A stretch of DNA of 64,000 nucleotides from an uncultured Nitrososphaerales archaeon (GTDB lineage: Archaea > Thermoproteota > Nitrososphaeria > Nitrososphaerales > Nitrososphaeraceae), in the NCBI GenBank assembly GCA_963841565.1, contig CAWJCY010000006.1:320001-384000 (forward strand), given 5' to 3'. Position 1 is the stretch's first letter, and every line of letters starts with the position of its first letter. This document shows positions 53,761-64,000 of this stretch, piece after piece. A program made the position numbers and the translations under genes. The notes beneath the pieces are model-generated. The model did no database searches, was not told the origin of the DNA, and saw only the letters and a program-made list of their open reading frames with translations.

Positions 53761-55197
53761 TCATACTACTTCAACGTCATGAGGAAGGCTTTCGGTATAC
53801 CCTGCTGAGGTGATTTTTATAAACTTAGCATTCTTTTGCATTTCTGCTATTGTCTTTGCACCACAGTAACTAAGCCCAGAACGAAGACCTCCAACCAACT
53901 GCCTAATTATGTCAACCACGCTCCCTTTGTAACTTACCATTGCCTCTACACCTTCTGGCACGTAGTCATTCAGATCGTCTGATTCGATTACCTGTGATCC
54001 CTCTTCACGGTACTTTCTACCCAAAGATGCATAAAAGGAAGCCATTCCTCGGTACATTTTAAATTTCTTACCGTTCTTAACGAGTGTCTTGCCAGGACTT
54101 TCATCTGTGCCACCAAAGAGACTTCCAACCATAACAGAAGATGCTCCAGCTGCAAGGGCCTTAGTGGCGTCACCAGATGTTCTTATTCCACCATCTGAGA
54201 TGATTGGAATATCATAATCTTTTGTCACTTTGGCACTGTCGACGACCGCAGTGACTTGGGGTACCCCAGAGCCGGTAATGACTCGCGTAATGCATATGGA
54301 TCCAGAACCAACTCCGACTTTCACGGCATCTACTCCAGCTCGGATAAGATCTTTCGATCCATTTCCAGTTGCAACATTTCCTGCTATAAGTTCACAATTT
54401 GGAAATGCCCTCTTTATCATTTTTACCGCATTTATTGCGTTATCGCTATGCCCGTGCGCAATATCAACCACTATCACATCAGCCCCAGCTTCCAGCAATG
54501 TCTCAGTTCTTTCTAGAAAATCACCCTTGACGCCTACGGCTGCGCCTACAAGTAGTCTCCCCTTCTTATCCTTGGATGCGTACGGATACTGCTCCATCTT
54601 GAGAATATCTTTACTCGTAATTAGACCTACTATATGATATTTCTTATCAACTACCGGTAGCTTTTCTATTCTATGTTTATGAAGAATTTCTTTGGCTTCT
54701 TCTATAGTGATTCCTTTTTGGGCCGTGATTACACCTCTGCTCATTGAACCGGATACCTTTTTTGTTGGATTACTCTCAAAGGTTATGTCCCGACTGGTAA
54801 TGATGCCAATTAATTTGTGATCATTATCTTCAACAAGTAACCCGGAGACTCCATAGTTAGTCATTAGGTTTCTTACATCTGTTACGTTCATGTCTTGGCC
54901 AACTGTATACGGCTGCTCAATCATAACGGATTCGGATCTCTTAACCCTTAATACTTCATCAACTTGGTCTGAAATAGTCATAAATCTGTGTATAATCCCT
55001 ATTCCACCTTCGCGAGCTAGAGCGATCGCCATCCCTGACTCGGTGATCGTATCCATATTTGCGCTGATCAGGGGAATGTTAAGAAAAATATTTCTTGATA
55101 ACCTTGTCCTTAGGTTAGTTTGACTCCGAGAGATGATGTGTGATCTAGTTGGAACGATGAGAACGTCATCAAACGTTAGTCCCTCTGTAATCTCCAA
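53761..55197 (-). CDS. guaB: Inosine-5'-monophosphate dehydrogenase
   Basis: LTFDDVL, CBS pair, [32 protein letters not shown]. Confidence 0.97.
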   Translation of the reverse strand: MEITEGLTFDDVLIVPTRSHIISRSQTNLRTRLSRNIFLNIPLISANMDTITESGMAIALAREGGIGIIHRFMTISDQVDEVLRVKRSESVMIEQPYTVGQDMNVTDVRNLMTNYGVSGLLVEDNDHKLIGIITSRDITFESNPTKKVSGSMSRGVITAQKGITIEEAKEILHKHRIEKLPVVDKKYHIVGLITSKDILKMEQYPYASKDKKGRLLVGAAVGVKGDFLERTETLLEAGADVIVVDIAHGHSDNAINAVKMIKRAFPNCELIAGNVATGNGSKDLIRAGVDAVKVGVGSGSICITRVITGSGVPQVTAVVDSAKVTKDYDIPIISDGGIRTSGDATKALAAGASSVMVGSLFGGTDESPGKTLVKNGKKFKMYRGMASFYASLGRKYREEGSQVIESDDLNDYVPEGVEAMVSYKGSVVDIIRQLVGGLRSGLSYCGAKTIAEMQKNAKFIKITSAGYTESLPHDVEVV

Positions 55198-55442
55198 ATA
55201 ATACCTTAATTAGGTGTTCTACAGAGGGATTATAAGTTTTGCCTTAAATTCTTGCCCTAATAACAGGCTAGATGTGGGATCAAAATTAGTCGAGTGGTCA
55301 GAGAAGATAACTTGTCATAATCAATATAATGACCATGCGAAGCTAATTTTTCATGAGTCGTTAGAACCAGAGTTGGGATACAATATACCAACAGATTAAA
55401 ATAATATTTCACCAAAAATTTGATGTTGCAGAGGCTTTATCT

Positions 55443-56124
55443 TTGAAAGGCACAAAATATAACATAGCAATATTTGACACATTTAAGACTCGAAAGGATA
55501 AGTTCACCGGTGAAGCGAAAAGACAGAGAGGGATTATCGCTCATCTTGCCTCTGAACAAAGCCCGGAGTTGCGTACGAGAACTTCCATTGCTCACGTAAT
55601 TGCGAAAAAACATGGGATACTATGGCAGAACATTTATTCAGGAATTTTTCGAGACCTTGACGAGGTCCTTATTCCTTCAGGCGTAGTAAAGGAGGGAGGC
55701 AGGCTCGCCCTTAAGACGTGGACCAAGAGCCCTTCAATTGGAAGGAGTGCCATTCTATGAATTAACTGAAGCAGGACTACTAGTGGCATCTTCCATCGAA
55801 GAGCTTGGAAAAGAGTATAGAACCAAGTCTTTAGAAGCATTTATTGGCTCGCTAAAGCCCGTGAGTAAAGAAGAAAAGATCCTCTATGATGGTATACTTC
55901 TCTTGATGAACATCGCTCCTTATTTTGTATCAAAAATAATCAACGAGTATATTCATTCATATAGTATTGGTGTAGTAGATAGCATTATACCTATGAATGT
56001 GACAAACTTTAAATCGGTTATCTCTGATCACATTGGAGTCGAAAGGGAGCTGCTTGATGCGTTTGTAAACTCAAATAAAGATCAGCAGACTCTCATTATG
56101 GATTTTATGAGGATTCTTACTTAA
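55443..56124 (+). CDS. Hypothetical winged-helix-like protein (1-nt insertion at about 55706)
   Basis: Two overlapping ORFs join as EGGRLPLRRGPRALQLEGVPFYELT on removing one C. Confidence 0.75.
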
Positions 56125-56439
56125 ATGAGCTAATGTTTTCTATTGATTCCGTTAAAAATAAACAATTTTCGGATCTTTTTAAGTTTTTAGGTGAATTAGC
56201 GTCAACTTTTGCAGCGAATCCGATAAGAAGGTCCCATCAATACGAGTGTCAAAAGATTCTTACTTTAGAAATGTGCTTCAAAAGGCATAACGTGTCTTAT
56301 GGTGGGTATAGACAGACAGGAAGAACGCCAACAAGAAATTCCAACAAATAAAAGATCTTTTACAGGGGCAAAAGAAGAATCAGAAACCTGGTTCTCATAG
56401 ATGAATCAACCTTTATAAAATAAAACATATTAGTATCAA

Positions 56440-59400
56440 TTGGATACTGGTCCTCTGTCCTTGGTGCATATAAAAAAACTAGAGGTCTACGGTTTCAAAT
56501 CGTTTGGTTTCAAGAATTCCGTCCTAACATTTGATAAAGGGCTTATAGCAGTTACAGGTCCAAATGGTTCTGGAAAGAGTAACATTCTTGACGCGATAAT
56601 GTTTGCTCTTGGAGAGAATAGCCCAAGGGTACTTAGAGTAGATAAATTTCAGTCACTTTTTCATGACAGTCAGAACACTCATCATAAGATGATTCACGTA
56701 AGCGTCACTTTTGACAATCACGATCGAGGTATCCCTATCGACTCGGACAATGTCACCTTGACAAGAGATATGGAAGGCCAGGCAGGAGAAAGTGAGTACT
56801 ATCTCAATGGGAAAAAAGTTACGAAGGGGACCATAGTCGAGCTTTTGGAGATCGTAATTGCCACTTCGAATAAGTTGAATATCGTACAGCAGGGGATGAT
56901 AACTAGAATTTCTGAACTCAATTCTGATGAACGGAGAAGAATTATTGAAGATATAATAGGTTTATCATACTTTGATGAGAAGAAGACTGAAGCACTAAAG
57001 CAGCTTGACGAATCAGATAGACGTTTAGAAGTTGCCTTCGCGCGAATCGATGAGGTCAGAAAGAGAATCGATGAACTTGAAATTGAAAGAAATGAACAAA
57101 TGAAATTTCTGGGTATCGAAAATGAAATTAAAAAATATCGAGCCATCAAGATTTCAAATGTTATCGTCTCAACTCGGTCAAAGACTGAATCAATAGAAAG
57201 CCGATTAAAGAGTTCCAGCTCTCGTTCTTCGACTTTGCAAGATGAGATTAGTCAATTGAATGCCCAAATCGAAGGTATCGAGCAGGAAAGGGCAAAATAT
57301 ATGAAAGAGTTGGATACAACAAATAAGGATAAGGCGTTAGTAGAAGGTAAGCTATCAAACATCGTCTATGAATCAGAAAGGAATAGAGCCGTTCTGAAAG
57401 AAGCGGATCAGCGAATCATAAATATTGAGAGAAGGCTGAAATCAATTGAACTCGAGAAGGTAGCTTTAGAAGATAAGCTGTCTGGTTCACGACTGGAATT
57501 AGAAAAGGTTGAGCAGAACATAGAATTAAAGAGATCCGAGATGAATAATCTCACATCTGAATTAAATTCGGCAAATTCAAAGATAGACAAGATAGCATCC
57601 ACGGAAGGTGTATATCATACAAAAAAGGTTAGCATTGAAGGGAGATTAAATGTTTTACTTCGAATACAGAGTCATTTCGAAGCAGTTGTCGCAAGATTAG
57701 AGGAGAGAAGGGCACAAATACAGAGAGATATTGACAGCACTAATGCGGAGGTCTTGTCGCAAAGAAATCAAATTTCTAGGTTTAATATTCTAAATCATTT
57801 GCAAAGTAAGGACCTCCAAATATATTTACAACATCTTCAATCTTGTAACAATTCTGCAGAAAGGCTTTTGGATACAAAGAAACGTACTGAGCAAGATCTC
57901 TCTACCTCATCACGACTTGTGGTTACTGCACAACACGCCGTATCGCATAGGTATGACGATTTTACCCAGGTCATGAGGAATCCAAATACAGAGTACTTTG
58001 CTATTTCAAGCTTGCTAGACGCCTCCGAGTACCTAGGAATAGTGGGATTAGTTCAGGACTTGATAAAGTTCGAAAGAGTCTATGAGAGGGCTATTCTCGC
58101 TGCCGCATCGGATTGGATGAGGGCAATTGTAGTATCCGACATAAAATCTATGATCTCACTTCTTAGGTATTCGATGAACAAAAAGCTACCCAGATTTAAA
58201 ATAATTCCTCTCGATATATTGAGGTATCACACCAGCAATTCTGAAATAGAGAGGCTTTACGAATCCGACTCTATTGGCATATTGGGAAGTTTAGACAGAT
58301 TTGTCACCTCAGCGTATTCGCAATTAGTGACGTTCCTATTTCGAGATATCGTACTTGTTCGAACATCATCGACTGGTTATGAGTTAGCAAGGAGAGGGTT
58401 CAAATCAGTATCCTTGGCAGGTATTTCATTCGAACCAAGTGGCGTACAAGTATCGATTGATTTCGGAACGAAAATCTTTGACATGAGCAAGACCGCTCTA
58501 ACGGCTGAGATTGTGAAAAAATTAGAGTCTTCTACAAGACATCTCAATTCTTTAGTAGAAATGAAAAAATCAAGCCTTGAAGGACTCGCAGACGATCTGG
58601 CGAAATTAGAGCAAATGGAATTTAAAGCCGAAACAAATGTCACAAGTTTACACGAAAGAATTTCTTCCGTTAAAGAGTCGATCTCTACAATGAAAGAATT
58701 GTTAAAGACACTAATCGATGAAGCCTTAACACTTCTAGAAAAGTGGGAAAGTACTTATAAGATGCAATTGGTGTTTGATGCCCGTCTATTTCAATCCAAA
58801 TCCCTAATGAGTAAATTAACGATGCTGTCAGAAAAGATAGACAAGCTGTACGGGAGTGGAGAATTTGCAAGTTTGCAAAGTGAAAAAAGCAATATAATGA
58901 GGGCTCTTGAGAAATCTGATCTAGAACTAAGGGAGAAGATTACCGAATCTACACCCATCAGATCAATGGTGCAAGCAATTCAACAAAAAATTAAGGAACT
59001 GTATGAGGAAGAGAATCAACTTCTAGATGAATTGCAACAGAAACGAAATGAATCAGATGAAATGCGAAAAAATCTAAATATTGTGGATTCTGAAATTTTG
59101 ACACTTAGACAGAAGGAACAGGACATTATTGATTCAACTGGGAAATCCTATGGGACAATTTCGGAGTACGAACAAAAAATAAAGATGATTCGGGACAATG
59201 AACGCAAGTTGTCAAGGGAATATTCTACTCTAGACCGCGATATTGCCATCTACAATAGGGACATCGAACAGCTAGGTATTAAATACGAAGAGCTAACAGC
59301 TGAGCTTAGGTCATTAAATTATGAAGAAAAGCCACAAGATCTAGATGTAGACATAATATTGGAGAATTTAAATGCGGAGTATGATTCTATAAGAAACAGG

Positions 59401-60012
59401 GTTAACTTACGCGCGAAGGACGCGTACTCTGAAATAGTTGAAGGTTATCGAAGTATGTCTGAACGGAGAAATGAACTTGAAATCGAACGTAATTCGATTG
59501 TCGAATTCATAGAGGAGATAGGTAAAGAAAGAAGCCAAGTATTTGATGATGCATTTTCCAAGGTGGACCAGAACATCAGACAGACATTTACCGAAGTGAC
59601 TGGTGGTGGATCTGCTTGGCTTGAAATTGAAAACCCAGCTGAAGAAACAAGTGGCATTATGCTGGTAGTACAATTTCCTGACAAACCTAGACGCGAATCT
59701 ACGTCGCTTTCCGGAGGAGAAAAAACTATGGCCGCAACAATATTTCTATTAGCATTGCAGTCACTAAAGCCCTCTCCCTTCTATCTCATGGATGAAGTTG
59801 ATGCTCATTTGGATGCTCAGAATACGGAGAGATTGCTAAGTGTTCTCTTAAGACGATCAATAAACAACCAGATTATAATGGTCACTCTGAAAGATTCTAC
59901 CGTGGCCAGGGCAAGTCTTGTTTATGGTGTATATCCTAAGGATGGTATTTCTCATGTCGTAAGGTATAATCATGGCAAAAAGCTAAGCCCAGGCTTACAG
60001 TCAAATCCATGA
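56440..60012 (+). CDS. smc: Chromosome segregation protein SMC
   Basis: GFKSF, GPNGSGKSNI, VQQG, coiled coils with hinge, LSGGEK, MDEVDAHLD. Confidence 0.97.
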   Translation: MDTGPLSLVHIKKLEVYGFKSFGFKNSVLTFDKGLIAVTGPNGSGKSNILDAIMFALGENSPRVLRVDKFQSLFHDSQNTHHKMIHVSVTFDNHDRGIPIDSDNVTLTRDMEGQAGESEYYLNGKKVTKGTIVELLEIVIATSNKLNIVQQGMITRISELNSDERRRIIEDIIGLSYFDEKKTEALKQLDESDRRLEVAFARIDEVRKRIDELEIERNEQMKFLGIENEIKKYRAIKISNVIVSTRSKTESIESRLKSSSSRSSTLQDEISQLNAQIEGIEQERAKYMKELDTTNKDKALVEGKLSNIVYESERNRAVLKEADQRIINIERRLKSIELEKVALEDKLSGSRLELEKVEQNIELKRSEMNNLTSELNSANSKIDKIASTEGVYHTKKVSIEGRLNVLLRIQSHFEAVVARLEERRAQIQRDIDSTNAEVLSQRNQISRFNILNHLQSKDLQIYLQHLQSCNNSAERLLDTKKRTEQDLSTSSRLVVTAQHAVSHRYDDFTQVMRNPNTEYFAISSLLDASEYLGIVGLVQDLIKFERVYERAILAAASDWMRAIVVSDIKSMISLLRYSMNKKLPRFKIIPLDILRYHTSNSEIERLYESDSIGILGSLDRFVTSAYSQLVTFLFRDIVLVRTSSTGYELARRGFKSVSLAGISFEPSGVQVSIDFGTKIFDMSKTALTAEIVKKLESSTRHLNSLVEMKKSSLEGLADDLAKLEQMEFKAETNVTSLHERISSVKESISTMKELLKTLIDEALTLLEKWESTYKMQLVFDARLFQSKSLMSKLTMLSEKIDKLYGSGEFASLQSEKSNIMRALEKSDLELREKITESTPIRSMVQAIQQKIKELYEEENQLLDELQQKRNESDEMRKNLNIVDSEILTLRQKEQDIIDSTGKSYGTISEYEQKIKMIRDNERKLSREYSTLDRDIAIYNRDIEQLGIKYEELTAELRSLNYEEKPQDLDVDIILENLNAEYDSIRNRVNLRAKDAYSEIVEGYRSMSERRNELEIERNSIVEFIEEIGKERSQVFDDAFSKVDQNIRQTFTEVTGGGSAWLEIENPAEETSGIMLVVQFPDKPRRESTSLSGGEKTMAATIFLLALQSLKPSPFYLMDEVDAHLDAQNTERLLSVLLRRSINNQIIMVTLKDSTVARASLVYGVYPKDGISHVVRYNHGKKLSPGLQSNP

Positions 60013-60064
60013 CTCTAACACACGGTGACAACTACAAAGACAAATGCCATAGTTAGTACATGAA

Positions 60065-61087
60065 TCAGTCATATAAAAAACATGAGACAAAATGATCCTT
60101 GCTACTCTCAGATTGCTTGGCTTTATGTTGATTACTAAGATTTGGCTCTTTTTTGCATTTATCCATTGAATAAAGACATCGAAAATAAAAATTACATCCC
60201 CCACTAAATATTTTCTCCCCTTCACGTATACGAATAGATCTTGTTTTTTGCAAGTTTGTAGGATTTGGTTCAGATACTGCATCGATAAGAGCTTGGGTAT
60301 ACGGGTGAAGAGGATTAAGTAAAACAGTATCAACCGCGCCCATCTCCACTACCTTCCCAGCGTACATGATTGCGATCTTGTCTCCAATGTATCTGGATGT
60401 GCTAAGATCATGTGTGATATACACATATGATATTCTGAATCTGTCTTTAAGATCTTTCATTAGCTCCAATATCCCTGCTCTGACCGATACATCTAGCATT
60501 GATACAGGTTCGTCTGCAATTATAACAGCAGGTCTAAGAACCAGAGCTCTTGCAAGAGCGACTCGTTGCCGCTGGCCGCCAGAGAGAGAATATGGATAAT
60601 TACTAGAAAGCTCGACGACAGGCTCAAGTTTGACATCCTCCAACGCCTTGTATACCTTTTCATGTCGCTCCCTTCTTGAGCTGCCTTTTTCGTGGATAGT
60701 AATTGGCTCCATTATGATATCAAGGATTTTCATTCTCGGATCGAGTGATGTATACGCATCTTGGTGTACCATTTGGACACTTCTCCTAAACTCCTTAAGA
60801 TCTGCATCCTTCTTCTTTGTGATCTCATTACCCTTGAATATTATTTGACCTTCATCTGGATCTATTGCTCGCAATAGTAGTCTAGCAAGCGTTGATTTTC
60901 CTGAACCTGATTCACCTGCAATAACGTAGACCTGACCCTCATCTAGTCTTAATGATACGCCGTCAACTGCCTTCACGAGAGAAACCGGGCCTGCTCTCAT
61001 CGCGCTCATTAAACCCTTTGACATGCGAAAGTATTTTTTCAGGTTTTCAGCTCTGAGTATTTCTTGCAAGAATATAGAATAAAGCAT
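60065..61087 (-). CDS. Oligopeptide/dipeptide ABC transporter ATP-binding protein (OppF/DppF-like)
   Basis: AVDGVS, GESGSGKST, LSGGQRQR, ADEPVSMLD, HPYT, C-terminal Cys motif. Confidence 0.95.
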   Translation of the reverse strand: MLYSIFLQEILRAENLKKYFRMSKGLMSAMRAGPVSLVKAVDGVSLRLDEGQVYVIAGESGSGKSTLARLLLRAIDPDEGQIIFKGNEITKKKDADLKEFRRSVQMVHQDAYTSLDPRMKILDIIMEPITIHEKGSSRRERHEKVYKALEDVKLEPVVELSSNYPYSLSGGQRQRVALARALVLRPAVIIADEPVSMLDVSVRAGILELMKDLKDRFRISYVYITHDLSTSRYIGDKIAIMYAGKVVEMGAVDTVLLNPLHPYTQALIDAVSEPNPTNLQKTRSIRIREGEKIFSGGCNFYFRCLYSMDKCKKEPNLSNQHKAKQSESSKDHFVSCFLYD

Positions 61088-61633
61088 ATATTTTGCATAT
61101 ATACACTTTTTTCCCGGTTTGTCATGTGCTTTGTGAAATAGCCAAATCAGTTCGTAAATTCCATGTGGAAAACCTATCTGAGTCAGTTAAACGGGACCAC
61201 TAATAAGCGAGGTTATAAAAAAATTGATTCTACGTCAGCGAAACACAATAATCACTACTCGTCACATATTTTAATCACGACAAATCCTATTTCAACTCAA
61301 AAAATAAAAGTGTGATCCGTGAGTAATCAAAGGATGTCATTACAGAGATAAGATCAACCCCAGATAACCATGTTAGCAAGAGAATATCCCATCAGCCACC
61401 AGCTACCAAGGCTATTGAAGCTACGAGGCAATTATTGGGACAATAAATGTCGATGCAGTAAAAAAAGGGGTGAATTCATTAAGATAGTTTTTCTTTTTTT
61501 AATAGTATACTAATGCACAAGTGGGTCATAGAAAAGGCATGTAAATACAGTTTAGTTATCCAAACTCTTGTATTATCCCTAAAATGGAATAAAATCAAAT
61601 ATGGTCATATCTAGCAACGAATTCATCTGATTG

Positions 61634-62254
61634 TCATTTTGGTCTGAATAAGTCATTAATGCTCTTAAACTTCTTGATCTTCGTTATTATGACCACAGAA
61701 GTTATGGATATTGCAAGAACTAATGCAGCAAGTGGGCCAAATTCTGGAACAATGTGTGTCCCAGTGATCTCTATCTGCTCGGATCCGTTACCGAATTCTA
61801 TACGCAATATCCTCGCTTGAGTATTGTTCATGATTTCATCATAAGGTACGAACTGTCCATCAATAAATACGGCATACTCATCGTCCGCGTTCGATTGCTT
61901 TTTAGAGTCTATAACATCTCTTGGAAGTTCGATGGTCAATATCCCATCAGAGACTGCCGAGATTTCAGCAGCCAGTGTTATATTATCTCTTTGGACCCAC
62001 ATTGCCTTCAATTGATTGTCTCCACTGATCTGATATCTGATCTGAAACGAAGCATTCCCTATCTCTAATGCTTTGGTATTCACAAGATAGGAAGCAGCAG
62101 TCTCATTTTGTTGAGATATCATCTCATTTTCCTGTCCGTATGCAGTAAAGGAGGAAATTCCGATAAACATGAATAATGCCAGTACTACGAAGCCGGTTAA
62201 GAGAAAATAATGTTGTCGTAATATTTGGACTTTAGCGGCACTAATTGAAAACAA
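61634..62254 (-). CDS. PEFG-CTERM sorting-domain surface protein
   Basis: Signal peptide; IELPRDVID; C-terminal VPEFG plus TM plus basic tail. Confidence 0.92.
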   Translation of the reverse strand: MFSISAAKVQILRQHYFLLTGFVVLALFMFIGISSFTAYGQENEMISQQNETAASYLVNTKALEIGNASFQIRYQISGDNQLKAMWVQRDNITLAAEISAVSDGILTIELPRDVIDSKKQSNADDEYAVFIDGQFVPYDEIMNNTQARILRIEFGNGSEQIEITGTHIVPEFGPLAALVLAISITSVVIITKIKKFKSINDLFRPK

Positions 62255-62423
62255 ATTTCTCAGGTTTAGTTGAAGATAGTGGTTTTAAAGCTTTGGCTAT
62301 TCGTATAATGTTTTCGCACGAATCAGTTGCATTGCTCCATTTACTCTAACATGTAAGGTTAGTTCATACTCTCAGGTTACATCTAAATAGGCAGCCTGTC
62401 GTATTGGAAGAAGGTCATAGGAA

Positions 62424-63707
62424 TTGGACGCTGTTGCAGGAACTAAGTTCCGAGAATTGAGCTTGACTGATAGACTAGATCTAATTAAGAAGAATGCTTC
62501 TCTTGAGGACAGGGACATCCATTTTCTCAAGGATTCAGCGAATAGCTTGGGTTTTGATAATGTGAATAGAATGATAGAAAATGCGATAGGAGTATTTCCC
62601 GTCCCAATGGGAATTGCGACAAACTTTTTGATTAATGACTTGGACTATCTTATCCCTATGGCAATAGAAGAGCCGTCTGTGATTGCTGCTACAAGTAAAG
62701 CGGCAAAAATAGCCAAACTCACAGGCGGATTTCACGCTGAAGCAGATGATTCTCTAATGATTGGTCAAATTCAAGTGATCCCAGATGATAAACCTCATGA
62801 GGCAATCTCAAGAGAGATTCTCAAGAAAAAAGATGAACTGTATAGGATTGCCAGTTCCAAGGCTAGATCGTCAAAAGTAGTAGAAATAAAACTCAGAGCC
62901 GTCCAAGACGAGAGCCAGCTAGGCATGGGCACCATGATAATTGTTGAACTTATAGTCAACACTCATGATGCGATGGGTGCCAACGTAGTGAATACGATGT
63001 GCGAAGCAGTCGGACATACCATTGAGAGTATTACTGGCGGCAGGACGATATTGAAGATCCTTTCGAACTATTCGGTGCGGAGACTGGTTAGATGTAGAGC
63101 TACATTCCCGAAAAATCAAATTGGAGGAGATATCGCCGTAGAACGAATCCTATATGCATATGCTCTAGCCTATTCAGATGTCTACAGAGCTGTTACACAC
63201 AACAAAGGTATCATGAACGGTATTGATTCAGTAGCATTGGCGACTGGGCAGGACTTCCGTGCTATTGAGGCTGCCGCTCACGCTTATGCTAGTAGAGGAG
63301 GTCGTTACAGGTCATTGTCAAAGTGGTTTAGAGATGAAAATGGTGATCTTGTTGGTGAATTGGAAATGCCTATGGCTGTAGGGATTGTGGGTGGAGTGAC
63401 AAAGGTACATCAGATGGCCGCGACGAGTTTAAAGATTCTAAAAGTCAATTCTTCCCAAGAACTTGCGATTGTAATCGCATCTGTGGGTCTAGCTCAGAAT
63501 TTTGCAGCGCTACTCGCATTGGCTTCTGAAGGGATCCAGAAAGGGCACATGAAACTACATTCAAGAAATATTGCTTTTATGGCAGGGGCAAGAGACGATA
63601 TGATAGACATTATATCCGAACATCTTGTCAAGGAAGACAAAGTAAACCTGTCTAGAGCTAAAGAATTGATGGTTAAATATAGCCAAGACGGTCAAATCAA
63701 TGATTAG
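62424..63707 (+). CDS. mvaA: HMG-CoA reductase, class II
   Basis: MIENAIG, PMAIEEPSV, DAMGAN, ILSN, HNKGIMNG, GQDFRA, EGIQKGHMKLH. Confidence 0.95.
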   Translation: MDAVAGTKFRELSLTDRLDLIKKNASLEDRDIHFLKDSANSLGFDNVNRMIENAIGVFPVPMGIATNFLINDLDYLIPMAIEEPSVIAATSKAAKIAKLTGGFHAEADDSLMIGQIQVIPDDKPHEAISREILKKKDELYRIASSKARSSKVVEIKLRAVQDESQLGMGTMIIVELIVNTHDAMGANVVNTMCEAVGHTIESITGGRTILKILSNYSVRRLVRCRATFPKNQIGGDIAVERILYAYALAYSDVYRAVTHNKGIMNGIDSVALATGQDFRAIEAAAHAYASRGGRYRSLSKWFRDENGDLVGELEMPMAVGIVGGVTKVHQMAATSLKILKVNSSQELAIVIASVGLAQNFAALLALASEGIQKGHMKLHSRNIAFMAGARDDMIDIISEHLVKEDKVNLSRAKELMVKYSQDGQIND

Positions 63708-63746
63708 ATATATACAAAGGATCTGGCAATTCTCAAGCATTTAGCC

Positions 63747-64000
63747 ATGTCTATAGTTAAGTTTGCAATTCCAAAAGGCAGTATTGAAGATGCAACATTT
63801 AGAGTACTCGAACAAGCATGGCAGACTGTTAGTGGTCATGGACGAACATATCGCATCAAACTCAGTGATCCAGATATCGAAGTGAAAATCCTACGCCCTC
63901 AAGAAATTCCTACTTATGTTCAAGAAGGTTTCTACGATGTTGGAATAACTGGTAAGGATTGGGTCAGAGAAGCCAACGCATATGTTTCTCCTTTGCTTGA
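63747..64000 (+). CDS. hisG: ATP phosphoribosyltransferase (5' part; runs off window)
   Basis: MSIVKFAIPKGS..LRPQEIPTYV..YDVGITGKDW. Confidence 0.95.
   Translation, partial: MSIVKFAIPKGSIEDATFRVLEQAWQTVSGHGRTYRIKLSDPDIEVKILRPQEIPTYVQEGFYDVGITGKDWVREANAYVSPLL

Overview
AT-rich archaeal chromosomal segment whose gene content (PEFG-CTERM protein, cupredoxin, zinc-type ferredoxin, class II HMG-CoA reductase directly before hisG, GATase-less CobQ in a cobalamin cluster, DnaK/DnaJ/GrpE plus two thermosome subunits) points to an ammonia-oxidising thaumarchaeon, probably Nitrososphaeraceae (inference). Most of it is housekeeping: translation factors, ribosomal proteins, chaperones, Zn/Mn ABC uptake with a NikR-family regulator, cobalamin, asd, guaB, smc. 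No CRISPR array, integrase or transposase is visible. Highlights: (1) a 4xCBS-HPF/RaiA fusion, a likely nucleotide-sensing ribosome hibernation factor; (2) two tRNAs (Leu-CAG, Ser-UGA) that each appear to carry two introns; (3) eight single-base insertions breaking conserved genes, five inside GCWGC and the rest in GTAC/CTAG/AGCT, probably a DNA-methylation footprint in long-read basecalling rather than real pseudogenes; (4) two small genes below the ORF-track cutoff (23-aa Lys-rich peptide, 43-aa membrane peptide); (5) a NikR-type regulator with candidate operators and a structured intergenic element before a ZnuABC-like transporter. All calls come from motif recognition by eye; no searches were run.
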